In this document: positions 9,126-17,581 of the stretch, one piece after another
How positions within the stretch are numbered: position 1 is the stretch's first letter
Layout: every line of letters begins with the position of its first letter
Source: Candidatus Fimivicinus intestinavium
Lineage (GTDB): Bacteria; Bacillota; Clostridia; Oscillospirales; Acutalibacteraceae
Assembly (NCBI GenBank): GCA_018715765.1
Contig: DVKY01000113.1
Span: 2,282-66,281 of the forward strand
DNA: 64,000 nucleotides
Reading direction: 5' to 3'
Notes under the pieces: generated by a model
Seen by the model: only the letters and a program-made list of their open reading frames with translations
The model's database searches: none
What the model was told of the DNA's origin: nothing
Made by a program: the position numbers and the translations under genes

Positions 9126-10046
9126 TCAAAAGCCCAAAAAGCGAACCTCCGGCTCAAGACGGACACCTTTTTCCCGCAGGACCGTCTCCTGCACCAGACG
9201 GATCAGGGCCAGAATATCCGCCGAGGCGGCGTTTCCCCTGTTGATGACAAAGCCTGCATGCTTTTCGCTGACCTGTGCGCCGCCGACCGCTCTGCCCTTC
9301 AGGCCGCACTCCTCAATCAGCGCCCCGGCGTAATACCCCTCCGGCCGCTTGAAGGTGCTGCCGGCACTCGGGAATTCCAGCGGCTGCTTTGCCTTGCGGC
9401 GGTTGATAAGCTCCTCCATTTTGCCACGGATCACATCGGGCTCGCCAGGGGTAAGGCATAGCGTTAGGGAGGTAATCAGGCAGCCGTTCTCCCGATAGGC
9501 GCTGCGGCGGTAGCCAAGCGCCAGTTCATCCCCCATGAGCCTGCCGCGCTCGCCGCCTGGCGTCAGATGCGTGCAGCCGGTCAAAACATCCTTCATCTCG
9601 CCGCCGTATGCGCCTGCATTCATAAAAGCGGCCCCGCCCGCGCTGCCAGGGATGCCAAAGGCAAATTCCAAGCCGGTCAAGCCCTTCTCCAGCGCGAAAC
9701 GGCACAGCCGGTTCAGGCTGACCCCAGCCCCGCAGGTGATTACGCCATCCTGCTCCGAGAGGGAACCCAGCCCCGGGACGAGGCGAAACACCACCCCGCG
9801 CAGGCCCTCATCTGATACGAGAACATTGCTTCCGTTTCCAAGGATAACGGGCCGTATCCCCTGCTCATGGCAGCAGCGCAGAAGCCGGGCAAGCTGTTGC
9901 CCGCTCTGCGGCTCCAGCAGCGCATCTGCCGGACCGCCCGTGCGGAAGGAGGTATACTCCGCCATCGGCGCATCCCGTTTCATAGGGCAGCCAAGGGATT
10001 GCGCAAGCCTGCACACCGTTTCAAGACCGTTCATGCAAATTCTCAT
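9126..10046 (-). CDS. murB: UDP-N-acetylenolpyruvoylglucosamine reductase
   Basis: FAD-binding N-terminus (YTSFRTGGPADALLEP; GNGSNVLV) and C-terminal MurB domain (GSTFKRP ... GGAQVSEKHAGFVIN). Start may be the ATG at 10034 instead. Confidence 0.9.
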   Translation of the reverse strand: MRICMNGLETVCRLAQSLGCPMKRDAPMAEYTSFRTGGPADALLEPQSGQQLARLLRCCHEQGIRPVILGNGSNVLVSDEGLRGVVFRLVPGLGSLSEQDGVITCGAGVSLNRLCRFALEKGLTGLEFAFGIPGSAGGAAFMNAGAYGGEMKDVLTGCTHLTPGGERGRLMGDELALGYRRSAYRENGCLITSLTLCLTPGEPDVIRGKMEELINRRKAKQPLEFPSAGSTFKRPEGYYAGALIEECGLKGRAVGGAQVSEKHAGFVINRGNAASADILALIRLVQETVLREKGVRLEPEVRFLGF

Positions 10047-10171
10047 ACCTTTCTGAATTCGCCTCCCCGAGGCCGCAGCGAAACGGGAAGGCGAACGCGC
10101 TTTGATATATGGCCTTTTATTTTCTTCACCGCTGGCAAAGGGCGGCAGCCCGCTGGCGGGCAGAGTACGTG

Positions 10172-11119
10172 TTATTCCTCTAACAGCGCGGCGCCGATGA
10201 TGCCCGCGTCATTGCCAAGCTCAGCTGAGCAGATTTTCGTCTGCTTCGTGGCGTACATGCTGTACCGCTCGCGGCGGATATGCTGACGCAGGGGCTCCAG
10301 AAGCGTCTCCCGCTCATGACCGATGCCGCCGCCCACACAGATGATCTCCGGCTGGAAAATATTGATTGCATTGATTATGCCGCAGGCAACGTAGTAAATA
10401 TAGCGATCCACCACGCGCTTTGCCGCGGCGTCGCCCGCGCGCATAGCGTCAAAGGCCGTCCGCCCGTTGACCGCGTCAATGTTATTATCCACCAAATCCC
10501 ACATTTTACTATCCTGCGCGTGGCGCATTTCATCTTTTGTCTGGGCGATGAGCGCCGTTGCGGAGGCATAACGCTCCCAGCAGCCGCGGCGGCCGCAGTT
10601 GCACTGCTCGCCATCCACCACGATCACCATATGGCCCATTTCACCGGCTGCAAAGTTTGCGCCGTTGAGAATGCGGCCATTCACAATGATGCCGCTGCCG
10701 ACGCCCGTGCCGAGCGTGATGGCAATAAAATCCTTTACGCCGGCGCCCGCTCCGGCCTTCGCCTCGCCAAAGGCCGCACAGTTGGCGTCGTTTTCCAGAT
10801 AAACGGGCTTGCCGATCCGTTCACCCAGCATCTGCTGCGCAGGAACGTTTTGAAAATCCAGATTGTTGGAGAATTCGATAACGCCTGTCGCCTTATTGAC
10901 CGTGCCCGGCGTGCCGACGCCGACGGAGGCGATATCCTCCATGGTGAGCCCGGCTGCTTCTACCGCCATATGTACCGTTTTCGTAATATCGTCAAAGATC
11001 TCCTCCGCAGGGCGGGGCGCATTTGTCTTCAGCTCCCCTACGCCGATGATTCGATAATTGTCATCCACCACGCCCGAACGAATGTTGGTGCCCCCTAAAT
11101 CAACGCCTACTCTGTACAT
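10172..11119 (-). CDS. glcK: ROK-family glucokinase
   Basis: N-terminal ATP-binding motif GVDLGGTNI, ROK signature, and Zn-binding CNCGRRGCWE cluster. Confidence 0.85.
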   Translation of the reverse strand: MYRVGVDLGGTNIRSGVVDDNYRIIGVGELKTNAPRPAEEIFDDITKTVHMAVEAAGLTMEDIASVGVGTPGTVNKATGVIEFSNNLDFQNVPAQQMLGERIGKPVYLENDANCAAFGEAKAGAGAGVKDFIAITLGTGVGSGIIVNGRILNGANFAAGEMGHMVIVVDGEQCNCGRRGCWERYASATALIAQTKDEMRHAQDSKMWDLVDNNIDAVNGRTAFDAMRAGDAAAKRVVDRYIYYVACGIINAINIFQPEIICVGGGIGHERETLLEPLRQHIRRERYSMYATKQTKICSAELGNDAGIIGAALLEE

Positions 11120-11249
11120 GTTCCAGTCCTCCGTCTTTCAAACTCTATATTTTAAATGCTTTGCAGGGCAAGCCCCCCTAAAAACCTGTCCGGCGCTCCC
11201 AAGCGGGAGACGCGCAGCTGTTTTCTGCCCACCCGCGCAAGAAGCCCAA

Positions 11250-12218
11250 TTAAAAGCGCTGCCAAACCTCGGTATCCGGAGGCTCAGACGAACCGCCGTC
11301 ATCCATGCCAAGATTGTGCATCAATTCCCTCGCCGCGTTATAGCCCATCTTCTTCTGCCGGTTATTCATCGCAGCGACCTCAATGATAATGGCGAGATTC
11401 CGCCCCGGCTTCACCGGGATCACCGCCGCCGGCACGCTGATGCCGAGAATGGTGATGAACTCATCATCCAGCCCCATCCGGTCATAGAATTTCTCGCTGT
11501 CCCATGGCTCCAGTTGGATGACGAGATCGATCTTTTCCGTCATCTTCACGGCGCCCATGCCGAAAATCCGGCGGGCATTGATGATGCCGACACCGCGCAG
11601 TTCAATAAAATGGCGGATATTATCCGGCGCAGAACCGACCAGTGTGCGGGAGGACACCCGGCGAATCTCCACAGCGTCGTCCGCAATCAGGCGATGGCCT
11701 CGCTTAATGAGCTCAATGGCGGTTTCGCTTTTGCCAACGCCGCTGTCCCCCAGGATCAAAACGCCCTCGCCCGCGACCTCCACCAGCACGCCATGGCGCG
11801 TCACGCGCTGCGCAAGCTCCACATTCAAATAGGAAATCAGTGTGGACATACAGCTTGAGGTTGTCTCCGCAGTGCGCAGCAGCGGCACCTCATAACGGTG
11901 GGCGTTTTCCATCACCTCGGAAGGGCATTCCAAATTGCGGGTAATCAATACCGCGCACGGCTGGCGGGACATAAAATTTTCCACCCGTTTTGTGCGCTCC
12001 TCCGGCGGCAGGCTCTCTAAAAACGCAAGCTCCGTCAGCCCGAGGAACTGCACGCGGCTCGGATCGAAATAATCATTATACCCCGTGAGGATCAGGCCCG
12101 GCCGGTTGACGTCATAGGAGGAGATATAGAGATCGGAAGCCGCCTTTGGCAAATAAAGCTCCTCCAGCGAATGATCCCGTATAACCTTTTCGAGTGAAAC
12201 GGAATATTTTGAGCTCAT
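11250..12218 (-). CDS. hprK: HPr kinase/phosphorylase
   Basis: Walker A GDSGVGKSE followed by LIKRGHRLIADD, the HprK signature. SD GGAAGGAG lies 8 nt upstream of the ATG at 12218. Confidence 0.9.
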   Translation of the reverse strand: MSSKYSVSLEKVIRDHSLEELYLPKAASDLYISSYDVNRPGLILTGYNDYFDPSRVQFLGLTELAFLESLPPEERTKRVENFMSRQPCAVLITRNLECPSEVMENAHRYEVPLLRTAETTSSCMSTLISYLNVELAQRVTRHGVLVEVAGEGVLILGDSGVGKSETAIELIKRGHRLIADDAVEIRRVSSRTLVGSAPDNIRHFIELRGVGIINARRIFGMGAVKMTEKIDLVIQLEPWDSEKFYDRMGLDDEFITILGISVPAAVIPVKPGRNLAIIIEVAAMNNRQKKMGYNAARELMHNLGMDDGGSSEPPDTEVWQRF

Positions 12219-12519
12219 AAGCACATCTCCTTCCATCCGGCAGAGCGCCCGCCTCCCCGCAGGCGCTCCGGCCAGGCAGTATCATAACTGCGGTTACAGC
12301 CATTATAAAACATTCTTTGCAAAGTTCCAATACCTGCTTTGGATTTTCCTTGATAAACTTTTTAAAAACTTTCCCTCATCAGCCCTTGAAACAGAAAAAT
12401 TAAAAAGGAAACAGTCTTTTTGTAAAAATATTGGTGAACAAAAAATGGACAAACAGGCCTCCTGCCCCTTGACAGCAGTAGATTGGAAGAAATATTTGCG
12501 TTTTCCCACAAGGTGTTGT

Positions 12520-13773
12520 ATGATGAAACAAAACAAAAACCGACAGAAGAAAGCGGTGAGGAGCCTGAAACTGAAAGTTGGATTGATGAACGACGCATTT
12601 CCGCCCACGCTGGACGGCACCTCCACAGCCACCCTGAACTATGCCAATATTATTCAGGAAAAGCTGGGCGAAGTGATGGTGATTACGCCACGCGTGCCCG
12701 GCGTGGTAGATACCGGCTACCCCTATGAGGTTTACCGCTACAAATCCTTCCCGCTGAGCAAAAAGGATGAATATCGGTTCGGCTGGCCGTTCAAGCATGA
12801 ATTTCGCAACTATGTGCGCAGCAAGAAGCTGGATATCCTGCATTTTCACTGCCCGCTCGCATCTGCACATTTTGCAAAGCTGATCGTGCAGGAGCAGAAG
12901 ATCCCGATTGTTGCAACCTATCACACCAAATATGACTATGATATCCGCAAACGCGCCCCAACCAAGCCGCTACAGGATTTTTTCATCCGGTTTATCGTCA
13001 ACCACGTCAGCATTGCCGACGAGGTGTGGGTGGTCAGCGAAGGGGCGGGAGAAAACCTGCGTTCGCTGGGCTATCAGGGCGATTATATCGTGATGCCAAA
13101 CGGCGTGGATTTTCCGCGCGGAAGGGTGGATACTGCCGCGCTGAACGCTAAATACCAGCTGCGGGAGGATGTGCCGGTCCTTCTGTTTGTCGGCCGGATG
13201 ATGTGGTATAAAAATTTACGCCTGCTGCTGGACGCTTTGCGCATCTATAAAGAATCCGGCCACGCCTTTCGCATGTTTATGATCGGCAAGGGCACAGATA
13301 TGCGGGCGGCGGAAAAATACGCCGCCAAAATCGGCCTCTCAAAGGAGATTACCTTTACGGGGAAGATCAGCGACCGGGAGCAGCTGCGCGCTTTCTACAG
13401 CCGCGCTGACGCATTCCTCTTCCCCTCCACGTTTGATACCAATGGCCTCGTCGTTCGGGAAGCGGCGGCCTGCGGCTGTCCGAGCCTGCTGATCGAAGGA
13501 AGCTGTGCCGCCGAAGGCATTGAGGACGGCGTAACCGGATATCTCAGCCGGGAGAATGCCGCCGATTATGCAAAATCTCTGGAAGCTATGCTTGCCGATC
13601 CGGATAAAATGAAACAGGTTGGAAAAAATGCCAGCGAGAAAATTTATTTATCCTGGGAGGATGCTGTGCGCATGGCCTACGCCCGTTACGAAAACCTGTG
13701 CCGCAACTGGGAGTACCCCGAGGGCTATCATGACGAAGGCTGGGGAAACGCTGAGGAAAGCGCAGGCAAATAG
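12520..13773 (+). CDS. Glycosyltransferase, GT-B fold (family 4-like)
   Basis: N-terminus LKVGLMNDAFPPTLDGTSTA resembles the GT4 start (KIxxxTDxxxPxxNGV). C-terminal E..G...LEA-type region (PSTFDTNGLVVREAAACGCP). Start at 12520/12523 follows SD AAGGTG. The upstream part of the track ORF is discounted. Confidence 0.75.
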   Translation: MMKQNKNRQKKAVRSLKLKVGLMNDAFPPTLDGTSTATLNYANIIQEKLGEVMVITPRVPGVVDTGYPYEVYRYKSFPLSKKDEYRFGWPFKHEFRNYVRSKKLDILHFHCPLASAHFAKLIVQEQKIPIVATYHTKYDYDIRKRAPTKPLQDFFIRFIVNHVSIADEVWVVSEGAGENLRSLGYQGDYIVMPNGVDFPRGRVDTAALNAKYQLREDVPVLLFVGRMMWYKNLRLLLDALRIYKESGHAFRMFMIGKGTDMRAAEKYAAKIGLSKEITFTGKISDREQLRAFYSRADAFLFPSTFDTNGLVVREAAACGCPSLLIEGSCAAEGIEDGVTGYLSRENAADYAKSLEAMLADPDKMKQVGKNASEKIYLSWEDAVRMAYARYENLCRNWEYPEGYHDEGWGNAEESAGK

Positions 13774-13891
13774 TAAAGAAAGCAACACCGCTTTCCCTCA
13801 AAAGCAAGGTGTATATACAGCCGGGAGCGCAGCAGCAGTGATAAAAACACCGCTGCTGCCCTTTGTTCACCCATATAAGGGAGGTCTATCA

Positions 13892-15244
13892 ATGAAAATG
13901 CCCAAAATTGGTATGCGCATCACCAAAACCGCCGTGGCGGTTTTTTTGTGCTTTCTCATTGATTTGCTGCGCAATCATCAGGGCGTTCCCTTTTATTCCG
14001 CAATCGCCGCAATTCTCTGCATGCAGCCGCAGGTTTCCAACAGCGTAAAGGTTGCGCTCAACCGCAGTGTCGGCACGTTCCTTGGCGGCATGGCCGGAAT
14101 GCTTGTTCTGCTTGCGGAGCGCGCCTGGCTGCCAAAGGATATGCCTGTCCTGCAATACCTGATCGTCTCGCTTTGTATCGTTGCGCTGATCTACCTCACC
14201 GTCATCCTGAAAAAGACCACTGCCTCCTATATCACCTGCGTCGTATTCCTGAGCGTTACCATCTCGCACGGGGCGGACGTCAACCCGTATCTCTTTGCTG
14301 TCAACCGCATGATTGACACCCTGATCGGTATTGCTGTCTCCCTGGCGGTCAACGCCGCCCGCCTGCCGCGCGGGAGGGATAAACGCACGCTCTTTATCAC
14401 CGGGCTGGACGGCGTGCTTTGGGAGCCGGGCAAAGCGATGAGCGCTTTCTCAAAAATCCGGCTCGTGCACCTGCTTGAGCACGGCGCGCAGATCACAGCG
14501 GTCACCGGGCGTTCGCCCGCATCCTTTCTGCCCATGCTGAAGGATATCCCCTTTTCCCTCCCGATCATCACGATGAACGGGGCGGCGCTGTATCATCTTC
14601 CAAGCAACACTTACGCCTACTGCCAGACAATCCCGCAGGAAATCACAGAACGTCTGCAAGCGCTGTTTCATCAACGCCAGGTCAATTGTTTTGTAAAGGC
14701 CGTGATTCATGACGTGCTGCATGTTTACTACGGCCCGTTCACCAACGAGGCGCAGCAGGCGGTCTACCGCGCCCACCACGGCGGCCATTACGAAAATTAT
14801 GTCTGCGCAGGTCTACCGCAGGGGCATGAGGCGATTTGCCTGACCGTTATCGACACCAGCGCAATGATTGAACGCCTCTGCCGGGAAATTTCCAATGCCC
14901 CCTTCTCCGATGCGCTGCGCTGCCTCTGCCACTCCGACCGGGCGCATCCCCACTATTCTGTCCTGGAGGTCTACAGCGCCAGTGCCACGCCGGACAGAGC
15001 CGCAGAAATTTTAAAAAAAAGAGTCGGCGCGGGCCGCGTTGTTGTGTTTTCTGCCAGCGCCAACGACCTGCCTCTGCTTCATCAGGCGGATGACAGCTAC
15101 GCAGCACGCGGAGCGGAGGAATGCGTGCAGGAGGCATGCCGCTTCCAGATTGCCAGCGGCGAGCCGGTCATTCGCAAGCTCTCCGGGTTATTTTATCATA
15201 AAAGCGGAAATCAGCTTTCCAATGGCAGCCATTCTGGAAGCTGA
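13892..15244 (+). CDS. Fusion protein: FUSC/ArAE (UPF0421, YgaE-like) membrane domain plus Cof-type HAD-IIB-like domain with degenerate catalytic motifs
   Basis: N-terminal ~165 aa (IGMRITKTAVAVFLCFLI...AIAAILCMQPQVSNS...NRSVGTFLGG) matches the YgaE/aromatic-acid-exporter pattern. The C-terminal part has Cof-like TGR and NGA motifs. Motif I reads GLDGV (14402-14416) instead of DxDGT, and motif IV reads SASAND (15050-15067) instead of GDxxND. SD gggagg precedes the ATG at 13892. Confidence 0.7.
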   Translation: MKMPKIGMRITKTAVAVFLCFLIDLLRNHQGVPFYSAIAAILCMQPQVSNSVKVALNRSVGTFLGGMAGMLVLLAERAWLPKDMPVLQYLIVSLCIVALIYLTVILKKTTASYITCVVFLSVTISHGADVNPYLFAVNRMIDTLIGIAVSLAVNAARLPRGRDKRTLFITGLDGVLWEPGKAMSAFSKIRLVHLLEHGAQITAVTGRSPASFLPMLKDIPFSLPIITMNGAALYHLPSNTYAYCQTIPQEITERLQALFHQRQVNCFVKAVIHDVLHVYYGPFTNEAQQAVYRAHHGGHYENYVCAGLPQGHEAICLTVIDTSAMIERLCREISNAPFSDALRCLCHSDRAHPHYSVLEVYSASATPDRAAEILKKRVGAGRVVVFSASANDLPLLHQADDSYAARGAEECVQEACRFQIASGEPVIRKLSGLFYHKSGNQLSNGSHSGS

Positions 15245-15264
15245 TGCAGCTCCGTACACCGGAT

Positions 15265-15313
15265 CAAAAAATAGAAAGGCCTGCGCCCTGCCTCTTTGGG
15301 CGCAAGCCTTTTG
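15265..15313. terminator. Bidirectional intrinsic terminator between convergent genes
   Basis: aaggcctgcgccc (15276-15288) pairs with gggcgcaagcctt (15298-15310) with 1 mismatch. A-run precedes and T-run follows. Confidence 0.65.
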
Positions 15314-15348
15314 AATCCATCTCTCACCGTTCAAACATGAAGGCCGGA

Positions 15349-15540
15349 CTATACGAACAAACTGCATCCGCTTTTACGAAACTGATCGATTTTTTCCCGC
15401 AGCCGCGCCTCCTCCACATGAAAATGCGCGCCAAGGCAGGCAAGGCACAAAAACGATTGCGCGCCGCGGTTGACCAGCTTTTTATACAGGCCGATCTCAT
15501 CCGCTGTCAGGATACGGCCGCATTTCATACAACATTCCAT
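15349..15540 (-). CDS. Small CxxC...CxxC zinc-ribbon-like protein, function unknown
   Basis: MECCMKCGRILTADEIGLYKKLVNRGAQSFLCLACLGAHF... Begins 8 nt after the alpha-galactosidase stop on the same strand. An ATG at 15528 is an alternative start. Confidence 0.55.
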   Translation of the reverse strand: MECCMKCGRILTADEIGLYKKLVNRGAQSFLCLACLGAHFHVEEARLREKIDQFRKSGCSLFV

Positions 15541-15547
15541 CCCCTGC

Positions 15548-16675
15548 TCACGCCTCGGCAATTTTCGCACGGAACACCCGGCAGCCATGTGCAGGCAGGG
15601 TGACGGAGAAATAATCCCGCTGCACGCCGATGCGCTCGCCGGAGACTACATCCGTCAACTCCAGCCCAAGGCCCGAGCCATACGGCAGGCCGATGTCTTC
15701 GAGGATACAGTCCGCCGTATGCTCCCGCTCATCGTCAAAATTAAAAAACGCAAGCGCAAAAGTGTGATCCGCGAGATGGCGGAAAAAGATAGGCATGGCG
15801 TCTTCTCCCGGGTTGACCTGATAAGGCGGCCGGCACTCCTCATCCTGATCGATCGCCAGCAGGCCTGGATTGAGCAGGATGCTGCGGCTCTCCTCCGAGA
15901 GGGCGCGTACATCCCCGCCAATCATCAGCGGCACACCGAACAGGCACCAGAGCGCATGATGCGTGAGATACTCCATATCGCTGCACCCGGTAAGGGCAAC
16001 ATTGCCTTTGCCATACATACCGGTGACCAGCATATCCATATCGTTAAAGCAGCCGTAGCCGGAATAGCACAGCTTATCAATCTGGCTCTGCGCAATATCT
16101 CGAATGGAGGCAAAGCTGTCGTTGATATCGCCTGTGGAGCGGTACATCTGCGCGCCCGCGCTGCGCATCCACTCGCCCGGCTCTTCCACCCCCCAGTTGC
16201 ATGCAGAAAAGAGGATTTCGCGGCCGCATGCCTTCAAAGCCATCCCCATGCGGCGGTACATCGTTTGACAGTGCGCGCTTTTGGGGAAATTGCAAAAGTC
16301 ATATTTTAAAAAATCCACGCCCCATCCGGCAAACGCGCGCGCATCCTCAAACTCATGGCCAAAGCTGCCGGGATATTTTGCGCAGGTCATCACGCCCGCG
16401 CAGGAATACATGCCGAATTTCAGCCCCCTGCTGTGAACGTAATCGGCCACATGCTTCATACCGTGCGGAAATTTTACCGGATCGGCGACAAGCTGCCCCT
16501 GCGCATCCCGCGAGCGCTCGGACCAGCAATCGTCGATTACAAGATAGTTGTAGCCTGCATCCCGGTAACCCTTTTCCACCATCGCATCGGCGATTTCAAA
16601 AATCAACTGCTCAGAGATATTTTCCCCAAAGGTATTCCAAGAATTCCAGCCCATTGGAGGGCGCTTTGCCAGCAT
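15548..16675 (-). CDS. Alpha-galactosidase, GH27 family
   Basis: N-terminus PPMGWNSWNTFGENISE...YNYLVIDDCW and the later FLKYDFC motif are classic GH27. SD AAAGGAG lies 8 nt before the ATG at 16675. Confidence 0.85.
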   Translation of the reverse strand: MLAKRPPMGWNSWNTFGENISEQLIFEIADAMVEKGYRDAGYNYLVIDDCWSERSRDAQGQLVADPVKFPHGMKHVADYVHSRGLKFGMYSCAGVMTCAKYPGSFGHEFEDARAFAGWGVDFLKYDFCNFPKSAHCQTMYRRMGMALKACGREILFSACNWGVEEPGEWMRSAGAQMYRSTGDINDSFASIRDIAQSQIDKLCYSGYGCFNDMDMLVTGMYGKGNVALTGCSDMEYLTHHALWCLFGVPLMIGGDVRALSEESRSILLNPGLLAIDQDEECRPPYQVNPGEDAMPIFFRHLADHTFALAFFNFDDEREHTADCILEDIGLPYGSGLGLELTDVVSGERIGVQRDYFSVTLPAHGCRVFRAKIAEA

Positions 16676-16752
16676 AAAAATTCTCCTTTCTAAAGCGGGA
16701 GGGCATCTCACCAGCCCGCGTCATACAATAATCATGCATGAGAGGCCTTGCT

Positions 16753-17421
16753 ATGCAATATCGAATCAAGCGTATGCGGCGCAAAACAACCGGCATTTAC
16801 ATTACAGAGGATGGCTCCGTAGAAATCCGTGCGCCTTACGGGGTGCCGGAGGCGGAAATTGACCGCTTTGCCAGGGAAAAAGAGGATTGGATCCGCGCCC
16901 ATCAGGCCGCTGTGCGCGAGCGCAACCGGCAAAGGGAAGCTTACTGCTTGCAGCCGGGCGGCAGCCTTCTCTTTTTGGGTCGGGAACGCCCTCTGGCGCC
17001 TTCGCAAACCAACCGGCTCACCTTTGACGGCGAGCGCTTTCTCATCCCGGACGCCCCGATGGAAATACTGCGCCCCGCCGTAGCGGCACTCTACCGCCAG
17101 GCGGCCAGGCAGCTCCTCCCGGAGATTGCCGCGCGCTATACGCCGCTTGTGGGCCGGGAGCCTGCGCAAATCCGCATCAGCTCCGCTAAGACGCGGTGGG
17201 GCTCCTGCTCTGCGCAGGGCGGGCTTAATTTCTCCTGGAGGCTAATGTTTGCGACGCCGGGGGCAATCGACTATGTTGTAGTACATGAGCTCGCCCACCT
17301 GGTTGAATTCAACCACTCTCCGCGTTTCTGGGCTTTGGTAGAGGCCATCCTGCCGGATTGGCGGGAACGCCGCCAATCTTTGGCCGCCATACAGGAGACG
17401 CTGCAGCGGCAGGGGTGGTAA
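16753..17421 (+). CDS. YgjP-like (DUF45) M48-family zinc metallopeptidase
   Basis: HELAHLVEFNHSPRFW (HExxH plus NHS) near the C-terminus. SD gagagg lies 8 nt upstream of the ATG at 16753. Confidence 0.8.
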   Translation: MQYRIKRMRRKTTGIYITEDGSVEIRAPYGVPEAEIDRFAREKEDWIRAHQAAVRERNRQREAYCLQPGGSLLFLGRERPLAPSQTNRLTFDGERFLIPDAPMEILRPAVAALYRQAARQLLPEIAARYTPLVGREPAQIRISSAKTRWGSCSAQGGLNFSWRLMFATPGAIDYVVVHELAHLVEFNHSPRFWALVEAILPDWRERRQSLAAIQETLQRQGW

Positions 17422-17581
17422 GCCAAGCCCCGAACGCAATTGGATGGCCTTTCCCGCAAGCTCTCAGCCGCACGGTTCCGGCAGGAGGGCGGGCTCAAAA
17501 GGGTTGTATCCGCTCTTGCAGCAGAGGGCCACGGCTCACGTCCACTGCGATTTGATCTCTATAAATCCTTACGCCGTCCGC

